Shown: one piece after another, positions 44,921 to 54,359 of the stretch | Position numbering within the stretch: position 1 is the stretch's first letter | Layout of the letters: each line of letters opens with the position of its first letter | DNA from: a virus | DNA length: 64,000 nt | Reading direction: 5' to 3' (one strand) | IMG/VR virus record: IMGVR_UViG_3300018080_000009 | Location: 1-64,000 of that record | The notes under the pieces: generated by a model | What the model saw: the letters and a program-made list of their open reading frames with translations, nothing else | Told to the model about the DNA's origin: nothing | Databases searched by the model: none | Position numbers and translations under genes: made by a program

Positions 44921-45796
44921 ATGGAAGAATTTGCTACATTGAAATTGACACGACCCTATATGCACGGATCAGCAGTAAAACGACTTCAAGAATTCGGGGA
45001 TCAACTTGGATTTGATTATGGAGATAATGACGGAATTTTCGGTTCAGATACCAAGGATTCTGTTGTTGCCATGCAGGAGAATTTTGGTCTAGAGGCAGAT
45101 GGGGTATGTGGACCGAAAACGTGGAAGGCAATACTGAATGCTTTAGACAGCAATTACACTGGTTTTGATGAGAATGATTCAAATGCTCTGATAGTAGATA
45201 TTCGTGGTATGCATCCGCATCCGAAGTTGTACAAGTGTTCCAGGGAATGGAGTGATATTGAGGGGGTTGTCATTCATCAGACTGGATGCAAAATGCCTCT
45301 GAACCCAGAGAAATGGGGCCGACTCAATGCTCATATAGGAGTAACCAGGGAAGGGCGTGTTGTTTTAGTAAATGATTTTAAGGATTGGATTTGGCATGCT
45401 CAAGGTTTAAGTAAGAGGAGTATTGGTATTGAGATAGCAGGAAATTTCCCAGGTATTGAGGGAAATATGAAAACACTGTGGAAGGGCGGTGGAGGTCCCC
45501 ATGCTTTGACAGCAGGTCAGATGGAAGGTCTTGAAACAGTCCTTCATTTGATTAAGGCTGAGTTCATGCTGGCAAGGGTTCCCTGGAAATATGTCAATGT
45601 TCATAGGCAGAGTGCACCGTCTAGGGTAGCTGATCCAGGCAGTGAGATTTACAAGAAGATTGTCATTCCTTGGATGGAATTTTTAGGTGCTACAGACGGA
45701 GGTCCTGATTTCTTTACAGGCAAAAAGAAGAAAGGAAATCCGGTTCCGAAGGAATGGAACCCTAATTACAAATATGGATACTTTCAGAGATTATAG
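44921..45796 (+). CDS. Endolysin: PG-binding domain plus N-acetylmuramoyl-L-alanine amidase
   Basis: DGIFGSDT/DGVCGPKT (PG_binding_1); VVIHQT, AHIG, WHA, SIGIE, VHRQ, DPG (Amidase_2). Confidence 0.9.
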   Translation: MEEFATLKLTRPYMHGSAVKRLQEFGDQLGFDYGDNDGIFGSDTKDSVVAMQENFGLEADGVCGPKTWKAILNALDSNYTGFDENDSNALIVDIRGMHPHPKLYKCSREWSDIEGVVIHQTGCKMPLNPEKWGRLNAHIGVTREGRVVLVNDFKDWIWHAQGLSKRSIGIEIAGNFPGIEGNMKTLWKGGGGPHALTAGQMEGLETVLHLIKAEFMLARVPWKYVNVHRQSAPSRVADPGSEIYKKIVIPWMEFLGATDGGPDFFTGKKKKGNPVPKEWNPNYKYGYFQRL

Positions 45797-45803
45797 GTGA
45801 AAC

Positions 45804-46370
45804 ATGTCCAATTTATTACAGCTAAATAGTGAACATTTTGATAACGAGATTCAGATGGATCTTGTTGAGATAGGTTGTGCCCATAAGATTGGTGCATTTT
45901 CTATGGAGAGGATGAGGTATGAGAAGACCAAGTCTGCTATAGGAGATGAGATTATTTATCGATTAGTTACTCAGATGGTTGCAGAAGCTTTGACTCCTAA
46001 GACTGAGACAAATACCTTGGTTGAGTTTGATAAGACTGTAGAGGTAGACCTCCATATGGAAACTGTTGTACCCTTGTCTTGGTGGCAGCATTTTAAGAGG
46101 GATTGTTTTCCCCAATGGATGCTGAAAATTTGGCCAGTGAAATGGGAAGTGAAGAATTCTGTTGAAAGGAAGAAGTTCATATTCAAAGGCAGAAAGAAAG
46201 TAGATGTGAAAGTGTTAGCAACGTATCCCAAGTTCAATCAAGTAGTTCCGGATTTAGGTCATTCTGTAATAAAGGCACATGTTTTAGGCTGTAGTGATGT
46301 TCCGATGAATGGAACGTGTGATGTCGAGGTCACAGAAATAAAAGAAGGAGAGACAAATGGCAAAGAGTGA
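45804..46370 (+). CDS. Hypothetical phage protein
   Basis: PLSWWQHFKRDCFPQW motif; packed with neighbours. Confidence 0.65.
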   Translation: MSNLLQLNSEHFDNEIQMDLVEIGCAHKIGAFSMERMRYEKTKSAIGDEIIYRLVTQMVAEALTPKTETNTLVEFDKTVEVDLHMETVVPLSWWQHFKRDCFPQWMLKIWPVKWEVKNSVERKKFIFKGRKKVDVKVLATYPKFNQVVPDLGHSVIKAHVLGCSDVPMNGTCDVEVTEIKEGETNGKE

Positions 46371-46671
46371 GAAGAAAGCACCAGTAACGGTTAATAGAAA
46401 TGTATCCCTGACTTACGTCGAGGGTAAGGGATACGACATCGACATGGGGAGCATGAGTACTATGGACTTTATTAAGTTCATAGGTACCGCTTCTGCCTCG
46501 ATAGTTAAGATCAAGGATCTAGCCGAAGCCGAGAGAGAGTTAGTGCTTTCTTTCCAGAAGGCCAGGGCAAATGCTCTAGAGGAAAAAGAGAAGGATTCTG
46601 CTTCCCGCTCTGCAAAACCGAAGGCAAAGGTTACAGAGAATTCTGGCAAGGATACTCCGAAGAATGACTAG
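46357..46671 (+). CDS. Hypothetical protein
   Basis: AAGGAG SD. Confidence 0.65.
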   Translation: MAKSEKKAPVTVNRNVSLTYVEGKGYDIDMGSMSTMDFIKFIGTASASIVKIKDLAEAERELVLSFQKARANALEEKEKDSASRSAKPKAKVTENSGKDTPKND

Positions 46672-47245
46672 ACCTAAACGCTACCTATTGACCTACTTGT
46701 GGACGATTCCTTGTGATGTCATCGTGTGGCTTATGCTTCTGATCATGTGGGGTTTATGGGGAACGAGGTTGCACTGGCTTGAAGGTGTTTGGTTTGAATT
46801 TAAAAGCAATTCATGGCCTACCAGAACATGGTACAGAAAACGTGACAAGAATAGCCACTTTCAGACCAATCCGGTAGAGGATCAGCCCCTATTAGGTCGA
46901 TGGAAAACTTGGGGAGGTACGACACTAGGCCACGGAGGATTTTTAGGCCCTGGCAGAGCTGGAGGTGAAGGCATAGATACCAAGATAGAGGGTCATGAAC
47001 ATACTCATACAGAACAGTATGAGGTGGCTATGCTTGTGAACTTTCTTACCCAGCTCATATTGGTTTCTGCACTTCTGATTACAAAGCAAGATCCGGTTTG
47101 GATAGTACATCTTGTTTTGTGGATCTCTGGTGGGATATTTTCCTATGTGTGCAGCATGTTCCAAGCAGTGCTTCGTGGAGAGGATGCGTATCGGGGTAAT
47201 ATCAATGAGGAGTCGGCATATGCTCAATGGAGAGATAACCAATGA
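46664..47245 (+). CDS. Membrane protein with HExxH zinc-metallopeptidase-like motif
   Basis: GTTLGHG...HEHTHTEQYE...EESAY; TM segments. Confidence 0.6.
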   Translation: MTRPKRYLLTYLWTIPCDVIVWLMLLIMWGLWGTRLHWLEGVWFEFKSNSWPTRTWYRKRDKNSHFQTNPVEDQPLLGRWKTWGGTTLGHGGFLGPGRAGGEGIDTKIEGHEHTHTEQYEVAMLVNFLTQLILVSALLITKQDPVWIVHLVLWISGGIFSYVCSMFQAVLRGEDAYRGNINEESAYAQWRDNQ

Positions 47246-47591
47246 GCCAGCCCCGATATTCTTAGTTGATTACAGACTTCTGCTTGAGACGAAGACTCGG
47301 TTCTTTTTTTCGAGAAAGCTCACTTTGCATCCAGAAACTCCTGCTTGGAGCAGAAGAAATTGGGAACACAATATTGTAATTTTTTCTGTAGGGTCTAAGG
47401 ACAAAGATGTTGTCGAAAGATTATTGAGTCCATACTTCAGAGAATTCATGCATTTTAGGTCGAGCACAGAATTTTTTGTTTGGGTTCAGCTATCTAAGTA
47501 TATCCGTAGAGTCATCACTGATGATCCAGCTTTATTGGGCTTGGATAATGTTTACAAGAGTTTTGGTGGTTGGAGGGAGAGAATAATCTAA
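47220..47591 (+). CDS. Hypothetical protein upstream of the helicase
   Basis: GAGGAG SD before ATG 47220 (MLNGEITNEPAPIFLVD); TAATG-coupled to dnaB. Confidence 0.6.
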   Translation: MLNGEITNEPAPIFLVDYRLLLETKTRFFFSRKLTLHPETPAWSRRNWEHNIVIFSVGSKDKDVVERLLSPYFREFMHFRSSTEFFVWVQLSKYIRRVITDDPALLGLDNVYKSFGGWRERII

Positions 47592-48838
47592 TGGACTTGG
47601 AACGAGCACTGATCTCTAAAGTTCTTTTTGATAAATGTTATTCAGATGCAGTTGACGAACATATTGTAGAGGAATTGTTCGTAGAACATAGGGAAGTATG
47701 GAAATGGGTAGTTGAAGAATACAAGAAACATGGAGATGAACCTCCGGTAGACTTCCTAGAAGAAAGATGGCCCCAATTTGAATTTGGTATGTCAGAAGGT
47801 TCAGTTCCTTTTCTAGTGGAGGAATTGAAGAAGAGACGTGTTAAAAGTCTTATTATTGACAGTATTCGTAAGCAAGGTGATTTGATAAAGGCTAAAGACC
47901 CGATGGCTGCCCTTGATGAAGTCAGGACTTTGCTTATCAAAGCCGATATGGAGACCAGACCATCGAGAGATGTAAATTTGACTGAGAATCCCCTTGATAG
48001 AAGGAAGAAGTATGATGAGATAGTCAATGCTGGTGGTGTTACGGGAATGCCTTCACCGTGGCCGCCTTTAGACGAAGAGACGCAAGGATTTCACCCGGAA
48101 GACTTGATTATGTTTGCTGGTAGAGCTGGAGTTGGTAAGACATTTACAGAAATGGTTCTTGCCAGGTATCATTGGTCTTTAGGATATGTACCTCTTGTGT
48201 TTTCTCGTGAGATGGCAGTTTGGCAAATTATTCGTAGAATTGATGCGATAAATGCAGAACTGCCTTACAAGAGATTTAGAGGAGGCCAGCTATCTTCAGA
48301 TGAGCTTGAGAGATGGATGCAGGCCCTGAAAGATATGGAAGGAGGTACTCCATTCTGGGTCAGTGGAGATGATGATGTTTTAGGGGTATCGGGAATTGAG
48401 GCCAAGATAAAGAAATACCGTCCACATGGTGTGTACATTGATGGAGCTTACTTAATTGGTGACGAACGAGGAGCCAAGGCGGTTTGGGAGAAGTTTCTAA
48501 ATGTCTGTTGGGATTTGAAGAAATTGGCCCGTCGAGTAAAGCTACCGATATTTGTTACTCATCAATTTAATTTATCGGGTTTAGGTGAGAAGGGAACGGC
48601 AGACACCATGAAATTTGGTGATGTCAAGATGTGGTTCGATTTAATGATAGGTCAGTACCAAGATGAGAGCATGAAATTGAATAAGGAAATGCTCTTCAAG
48701 ATTATAAAACAGAGAGAGGGTGACGAGGTTCAGTGGGTATCTGAATGGGACTTAGACAGGATGTGTTTTGGCCATAAGAAATCAGGGCATGATGACATCC
48801 CAGATGAAGCAGAAGAAGATCCGGCAGTAAGATATTAG
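47591..48838 (+). CDS. dnaB: Replicative DNA helicase (DnaB family)
   Basis: AGRAGVGKT, FSREM, YIDGAYL, LKKLAR, THQFN, KQREG. Confidence 0.9.
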   Translation: MDLERALISKVLFDKCYSDAVDEHIVEELFVEHREVWKWVVEEYKKHGDEPPVDFLEERWPQFEFGMSEGSVPFLVEELKKRRVKSLIIDSIRKQGDLIKAKDPMAALDEVRTLLIKADMETRPSRDVNLTENPLDRRKKYDEIVNAGGVTGMPSPWPPLDEETQGFHPEDLIMFAGRAGVGKTFTEMVLARYHWSLGYVPLVFSREMAVWQIIRRIDAINAELPYKRFRGGQLSSDELERWMQALKDMEGGTPFWVSGDDDVLGVSGIEAKIKKYRPHGVYIDGAYLIGDERGAKAVWEKFLNVCWDLKKLARRVKLPIFVTHQFNLSGLGEKGTADTMKFGDVKMWFDLMIGQYQDESMKLNKEMLFKIIKQREGDEVQWVSEWDLDRMCFGHKKSGHDDIPDEAEEDPAVRY

Positions 48839-48846
48839 GAGGAGCT

Positions 48847-49116
48847 ATGGGACGTGTGATAGATAAACGGTTAGAGTATTTGTCGAGAATAGGTCCGGCC
48901 GAGGTAAAGAGATCTCAAATTCTAGAGATAGGCATGTATGATCCTGTTGTAGACGAGGCTTTAAGTGTGTGGAGAAGAGGAAGTGCAACATGGGATCAAG
49001 TCATGTCTTGGTTAGTTTTGGTGATTACTAGGGAAAATACTGTTTTGTCAGACAGGTTGTTGAGGGCATTGAAGATGGTTAATGAAGATCAGTATAAAGA
49101 AATCATGGGTGAGTGA
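48847..49116 (+). CDS. Hypothetical protein
   Basis: AGGAGG SD. Confidence 0.6.
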   Translation: MGRVIDKRLEYLSRIGPAEVKRSQILEIGMYDPVVDEALSVWRRGSATWDQVMSWLVLVITRENTVLSDRLLRALKMVNEDQYKEIMGE

Positions 49117-49355
49117 TGGCTAAGTATGTAGAAGTAGAAGAAAAAGATCTGCAGATTCTCATAGAGTGTATCGAGTATGTGATAACTCGATATGAAAATG
49201 ATGATCCAGAGATGTGTGAATATCTCAAGGAACAGTTAAGTGAAGTCTTGCGGCATGTCGATAATGAGACTCGTGGAGGTAAAGTTGCTTCAGAGATCGA
49301 TGTGGTTCTAGGTGTTATTGGAGGACATGTAGATGGAGAAGGAGAACGTGATTGA
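49113..49355 (+). CDS. Hypothetical protein
   Basis: Coupled overlap with both neighbours. Confidence 0.55.
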   Translation: MMAKYVEVEEKDLQILIECIEYVITRYENDDPEMCEYLKEQLSEVLRHVDNETRGGKVASEIDVVLGVIGGHVDGEGERD

Positions 49356-50304
49356 GGTTCTCAGACGTTTAGGCGTGTCTAATATCCAAGTTCATTCGAA
49401 AAATATTCAGTGTTCATGTTTCTTGGCTAGGTGGAAGGCCGGACACGATTCCAATGCTTCTGGGAATAAGTCTTCAATGGGTATATCTATATCGGAAGGT
49501 GATGTGTCAGTAGTACATTGTTTTAGTTGTGGCTTTAGTGGGACTTTGCTCCATGCAATTACTATGTATGGAGCTTATTCTGGTGAAGACATTAAGGAAT
49601 TGGCCAAGTATGTAGTCTCTTTGGAAAAGGGAGACATTGATGCAGTACTTGATAAGATAGATCGATTAGAGGAGGAGAAGAAAATTCAGATAGAGGTATT
49701 AGATGAGTCATTTTTAGATGATTGGCCTCCGATGGCTCATAAGTACTTAGTGAATAGGGGTATTTCAGTAGAAACCCAAAAAGCATGGGGTTCTAGATGG
49801 GATACTAATCAGAAGAGAGTAGTCATTCCAGTAAGGCTGTATGATGGTGCTCTTATTGGGGCCGTAGGACGACAAGTAGTGAAAAGAGGGCCGAAATATT
49901 GGAATTATGGGAACTTCAAAAAGGCTCAAGTATTGTTTGGAGAGCATTTGGCTAGGAAAGGGGATCCCTTAGTCATAGTAGAAGGGCCTCTGGATGCCGT
50001 TACAGTGTGGCAAAGCTTGAGAGGAACTGAGTATAGCGTTGTAGGTTTGATGGGGTCTGAGGCTTCACGAGTGCAGGTTCAGCGTATAATGGACCTGACT
50101 GATGAGGCTCTGCTGTTTTTTGATAATGATCCAGCAGGGATTACGGGTACGAGGAAGCTGTCTAAGGTCTTGGAGAAGAGAATAGATGTACGATATGTAA
50201 GATATGGTCGGGATGAATATTCAGCAGATCCGGCCTCGCTGATTTTGTCAGGATGTAGTATTATAGACCGATTAAAACAGGCTTCTGTTGTGGTATGGAG
50301 GTGA
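49333..50304 (+). CDS. dnaG: DNA primase (zinc-binding plus TOPRIM)
   Basis: C...H...HCFSCG; YLVNRGI; IVEGPLD; FFDNDPAG. Confidence 0.9.
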   Translation: MEKENVIEVLRRLGVSNIQVHSKNIQCSCFLARWKAGHDSNASGNKSSMGISISEGDVSVVHCFSCGFSGTLLHAITMYGAYSGEDIKELAKYVVSLEKGDIDAVLDKIDRLEEEKKIQIEVLDESFLDDWPPMAHKYLVNRGISVETQKAWGSRWDTNQKRVVIPVRLYDGALIGAVGRQVVKRGPKYWNYGNFKKAQVLFGEHLARKGDPLVIVEGPLDAVTVWQSLRGTEYSVVGLMGSEASRVQVQRIMDLTDEALLFFDNDPAGITGTRKLSKVLEKRIDVRYVRYGRDEYSADPASLILSGCSIIDRLKQASVVVWR

Positions 50305-50308
50305 AATT

Positions 50309-51292
50309 ATGAAAGTACCAACTGTCTTGATGATCTTGACTGTGCTGTTGCTTTGTCTAGCAGCATATACAGCCTGGGGTGAAGGTAGGAGGAAGACTAT
50401 GATTGATCTGGTCTTCGATGGAGCTCAGATTGAGTCAAGGGAAAAAGCCAAAGAGGAGGTAAAAGACGTAGACATCAGATCTATAGTGGATCTCGAAAAT
50501 TTATGGTCAAAAGATGATGGGGATACAGATCTTTGGATACGATTTGTTAGAGGGATTTTGAGATCCCGTCAGAAGGAGAGGATAAACGGAACAAAGTACA
50601 TTGATTGGGAAGCGTGTGGAGAGGACATTCCAGATGAAGAGCTATACGATAGAGCTACCACATGGGCATTGTCCATAGTGACTTCTTTAAAGGAAGTTGA
50701 GGAGCAGTTTGGAGTAAAGATTAATCCTTGGGGAGCATTTGCAACTACGGCCAATGAAGGTGGATTTAATGAATGTAGTTTGAACTATGCAGCCAGAAAA
50801 TGGGCTTCTCAGCATGTAGGCCGAGAATTAATTGAGGAAACGTGGAAGGGAAAAACGGTAAAAAGAAAGGTCAATAAGAAAGTAGTAGAGAGATTTCGAT
50901 TGACCTATGACCGAGATACAGTCTGGAAGATTATCAATCATGAGGATTATGCGGATGCTTATGTTTGGATAACGACTAAAGGCAATATCAGAAAAAAGGT
51001 CTATCTGAAGAATAAGTTTGATGGTGGTCCGTATCAAATGAGGTTTTCAGTTAAGACAGTTTCGAGAGAGCAATTTGATTACCTGCTGTCGATACATCCT
51101 GGAGTATATTTGGGTTTGAAGGAGATGGCCCGTAGAGCAGCAGAAGCTCAGAGATGGCATAGATTAGATGATCCTCATGCAAGACCGTGGGCTATGTGGC
51201 CAGGATATAAGTCACCAGCAATAAGTCATAGGTATGACAGAAAAATCAGAAGTGTAGCAAGATGGCTTGGTGCCAGAAAAAATGAGATCTAG
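50309..51292 (+). CDS. Secreted or membrane-anchored lysozyme-like (SLT-type) protein
   Basis: N-terminal hydrophobic signal; AFATTANEGGFN (candidate catalytic Glu) and DGGPYQM resemble SLT motifs. Confidence 0.45.
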   Translation: MKVPTVLMILTVLLLCLAAYTAWGEGRRKTMIDLVFDGAQIESREKAKEEVKDVDIRSIVDLENLWSKDDGDTDLWIRFVRGILRSRQKERINGTKYIDWEACGEDIPDEELYDRATTWALSIVTSLKEVEEQFGVKINPWGAFATTANEGGFNECSLNYAARKWASQHVGRELIEETWKGKTVKRKVNKKVVERFRLTYDRDTVWKIINHEDYADAYVWITTKGNIRKKVYLKNKFDGGPYQMRFSVKTVSREQFDYLLSIHPGVYLGLKEMARRAAEAQRWHRLDDPHARPWAMWPGYKSPAISHRYDRKIRSVARWLGARKNEI

Positions 51293-51303
51293 AATAACCT
51301 TGC

Positions 51304-51332
51304 TTGACAAAACTCTTTAGATCTATTACCTT
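51304..51332 (+). promoter_or_regulatory. Sigma70-type promoter (TTGACAAAAC family)
   Basis: TTGACA, 17 nt spacer, TACCTT, upstream of the ssb-polA operon. Confidence 0.6.
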
Positions 51333-51392
51333 TGATGTATCCCTAGTATACTATTGTAGGGACAAGAAGCGGAATACCCGCAGGAGGAAACA

Positions 51393-52106
51393 ATGCCTGA
51401 TTGGTGTAACACAGGAAAAGATGGAGAAGCAGCTTTAGAAGAGGCACAGAAGAAGGCCGCAGCAGCTAGAGAAGGTCTCTTGAGGAGACTATATCTACCA
51501 GCAGATGCGTCATGCTACATAACCATGTTGGATGATCTAGTATCACCGTATGATTATGAAATGCCTTTTACATTTTGGGAGCATCAGCTTTACCGAAATG
51601 GTAGTTGGAAGAATTGGTATACTTGTATTCAGGGAATGAAACATCCTGATACAGGTAAGTCGATGTCATGCCCATTGTGTGAGAGTGGTGACAAGCCTGC
51701 TTTTATGGCAGCTTACACGGTGATTGATCATTCCAAGTGGTCGGATAAGCAGGGCAATGAACATGAGCATGAGGTGAAGTTGTTTGTTGCCAAGTCTGCT
51801 GTACAGAAAATACTCCTTCGTAGAAAAGAGAAGTTTGGGGCTTGGAAGGGTTGGTATGGGGAAGTTATGAGATTAAGTTCAGATTCTCCCAATACTGGAG
51901 ATCAATTTGAGTGGGAAAAGCAATTGAAACCTGCTGATCTCAAGAAATTGACCGGGGGTAAGTTCAAAGACTTTCCAGAACCTCCAAATTACATCGATGT
52001 TTTTGCTCCGAAGACTTTCGAAGAACTACAGAAGGTAGTCAGTGGTCAGCCAGAAGAAGATTTTGGTGATGGTGGAGAGGCTGACGACGATACGATTCGA
52101 TACTAA
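51393..52106 (+). CDS. ssb: Single-stranded DNA-binding protein (T4 gp32-like, Zn-binding)
   Basis: WEH...YTC...CPLC; acidic C-terminal tail; directly upstream of the polymerase. Confidence 0.75.
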   Translation: MPDWCNTGKDGEAALEEAQKKAAAAREGLLRRLYLPADASCYITMLDDLVSPYDYEMPFTFWEHQLYRNGSWKNWYTCIQGMKHPDTGKSMSCPLCESGDKPAFMAAYTVIDHSKWSDKQGNEHEHEVKLFVAKSAVQKILLRRKEKFGAWKGWYGEVMRLSSDSPNTGDQFEWEKQLKPADLKKLTGGKFKDFPEPPNYIDVFAPKTFEELQKVVSGQPEEDFGDGGEADDDTIRY

Positions 52107-52119
52107 GTAAGGAGAAATA

Positions 52120-53967
52120 GTGTCCGATTTTGTACTCAAGAAGGAAGAGTTGCGTCCTTTGATTGAGAGAGTAGTCAATTCACAAGAATTGGGACTTGAT
52201 TATGAAACGACTTCTGTTCATCCGAGTGAAGAAGCTCCGAAGCATCATGACAAATTGATGGCCACGGGGTTTGGTGTAGCTTTTTCTGATGGGTACAGAA
52301 AATATGTTCCGATGATGCATGTTGATAGTGAGTGTTTCACTAGGGAGGAAGTAGATTCACTGTTGAGAGCAATTCTGATGGATAAAGATAAGCAAGTTTG
52401 GGCACATAATGCCAAATTTGAGCAGATGGTATCGAGATCCCTTGGATATGATTCAGAAGCAGCGTGGAGATGTTCCATGCTTCTGCAATTTGGTGTTGGG
52501 TGGAAGCTTCCTGGCAATGATGGATTGAAATTGAAGTCTGCTGTAAAGCATTATCTGAATCATGACATGAAATTGTTGAAGGATGTGATTCCTCTAGGTC
52601 TCAGGGCTCATGATATTCCAGCTAGAAATATTGCTGACTATTGTAGCGATGATGCTTTTCAGTGTTTGAGATTAGGCCATAAGGCTATGGAACGTGCAGA
52701 AGAATTGAATGTAGTAAAGCCATTTATTGATCTAGAGTGTGCGTTTACTCCAGTTCTTGTTCATATGTTGGAAGTCGGAATAGGTTTGGATCAGTCTATG
52801 TTGGATGAGATGCATATTAGACTGAAGACTAGAGTAGATGAGATTTCAGAACTGTTTCTTCAGTTGACTGGTGCTGAAGTTGGTTCGAACAAACAGGTTT
52901 CTAAGAGATTGTATGAGGAGTTGAAATGGTGGCCGAGTCATGGGTTCAAAAAGGGTAAAGGTGGTTGTTACAGTGTAGATGTAGGTCATAGGGAGAAAGT
53001 TAGAAAATGGTTAAGGCCAGGAGATGGTCTAGCAGCTATGGATCTCAAGGATGAGCATGCAGAGCTTTCTAAATTGGTTTCGACTTTTACTGGCAAATTG
53101 AATGGACATGCTCTGAAATATGATGATGGAAGAATAAGAACAGATATTCGTCAAGTTGGTGGTGACACAGGAAGAATGTCATCATCGAATCCGAATCTTC
53201 AGCAGATACCCAGTCATGGTTTAGGATTTGAAGTTCGTAGAGCATTTGTTTCAGAAGAAGGGTGGACGATAATAGATGCTGATTATTCTCAGATGGAATT
53301 GGTGTTGATGGGGCATCTCTCTAGGGATGAGAATTTACTCAAGGCATATCGTGAAGGGTTAGATCTTCACCAGATGACAGCAGATGCTTGTGGAGTAGCC
53401 AGACCAGCAGGAAAAGTCATAAATCTTGGTTTGATTTATGAGATGGGTCCACGGACTTTAGCCCAGAATTTGAAAGTATCTTCTTTTGAGGGGAAGAGAA
53501 TATGGACTGCGTGGCATGCAAAATATCCAAGGGTAAGGCAGTACTGTAATAGGATGCACGCATATGCCAGGAAGCATGGCTTTGTTAGGACTATTACAGG
53601 AAGGATACGGATGATTCCGCAAATTGATTCTAATGTTCCAGCAATACGAGCATATGGTGAGAGACAAGCTAGCAATAGTCCAGACCAAGGTTCAGGAGTA
53701 GACATTTTGAAATTGGCTATGAGAAATCTATATCGTGAATGGAAAGAACGAGGAGTTCTATTCGATTATTGGACTGGTGAAGGTAAGGTGAAGATACCGT
53801 TGTCAGTACATGATGAGATTCTTCTAGAAGCAAGAGATGATTTCAAAGAAGAAGCCAAAGCAGATCTCAAACGTCATATGGAGAATGTTGTTGAGTTAAG
53901 GGCTCCTTTAACAGCTGAAGTAGGAGAGGGTCCGAATTGGGCATTTGCGAAGGAGATAGCAGCCTAG
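52120..53967 (+). CDS. polA: Family A DNA polymerase with 3'-5' exonuclease
   Basis: ExoI LDYETT, ExoII HNAKFE, ExoIII YCSDD; TGRMSSSNPNLQQIP; motif A DADYSQME; motif B RPAGKVINLGLIY; motif C VHDEI. Confidence 0.95.
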   Translation: MSDFVLKKEELRPLIERVVNSQELGLDYETTSVHPSEEAPKHHDKLMATGFGVAFSDGYRKYVPMMHVDSECFTREEVDSLLRAILMDKDKQVWAHNAKFEQMVSRSLGYDSEAAWRCSMLLQFGVGWKLPGNDGLKLKSAVKHYLNHDMKLLKDVIPLGLRAHDIPARNIADYCSDDAFQCLRLGHKAMERAEELNVVKPFIDLECAFTPVLVHMLEVGIGLDQSMLDEMHIRLKTRVDEISELFLQLTGAEVGSNKQVSKRLYEELKWWPSHGFKKGKGGCYSVDVGHREKVRKWLRPGDGLAAMDLKDEHAELSKLVSTFTGKLNGHALKYDDGRIRTDIRQVGGDTGRMSSSNPNLQQIPSHGLGFEVRRAFVSEEGWTIIDADYSQMELVLMGHLSRDENLLKAYREGLDLHQMTADACGVARPAGKVINLGLIYEMGPRTLAQNLKVSSFEGKRIWTAWHAKYPRVRQYCNRMHAYARKHGFVRTITGRIRMIPQIDSNVPAIRAYGERQASNSPDQGSGVDILKLAMRNLYREWKERGVLFDYWTGEGKVKIPLSVHDEILLEARDDFKEEAKADLKRHMENVVELRAPLTAEVGEGPNWAFAKEIAA

Positions 53968-53973
53968 GAGGTT

Positions 53974-54180
53974 TTGATGGCCAAATGTAAGACATGTAAA
54001 GCACCAATAATTTGGGCAGTAACTGATAAAGGTAAGTCTATTCCTTTGGATATGAAGGGTGAGAAGAGATATGTATTGGTTCCAGCACAAGGTGATAGAG
54101 ATCCAGTAGTTGAATTGAGAACTACGTATGCAAGCCATTTTGTTACGTGTCCTGATGCCAAAGAACACAGGAAGAAATAA
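53974..54180 (+). CDS. Small Zn-binding phage protein
   Basis: CKTCKAPIIWA...GKSIPLD...SHFVTCP. Confidence 0.75.
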   Translation: MMAKCKTCKAPIIWAVTDKGKSIPLDMKGEKRYVLVPAQGDRDPVVELRTTYASHFVTCPDAKEHRKK

Positions 54181-54359
54181 TGAAGACTTGGTACAAAACA
54201 GGTAAGGAAGCTGAGGAGGAGTTATGGTCTCTTATAGCCAAAAGATTGAAGCGACAGCAGGAGTATTGGAATATGCTGGAAGATTCTGCCTATAGTTGTC
54301 CACCGCAAGGCTACGATGATTTAGATATTGATGATGATTATTGGTATGGGAGTTTATAG
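54180..54359 (+). CDS. 59-aa acidic-tailed protein (below the ORF-track cutoff)
   Basis: TAATG coupling; exactly fills the gap to the helicase ATG at 54360: MKTWYKTGKEAEEELW...DDLDIDDDYWYGSL. Confidence 0.65.
   Translation: MKTWYKTGKEAEEELWSLIAKRLKRQQEYWNMLEDSAYSCPPQGYDDLDIDDDYWYGSL

Noticed and set aside
52120-53967. Z-genome (DpoZ/PurZ) system
   Set aside because: No purZ or datZ in the window; MazG-like and divergent PolA genes alone are insufficient.
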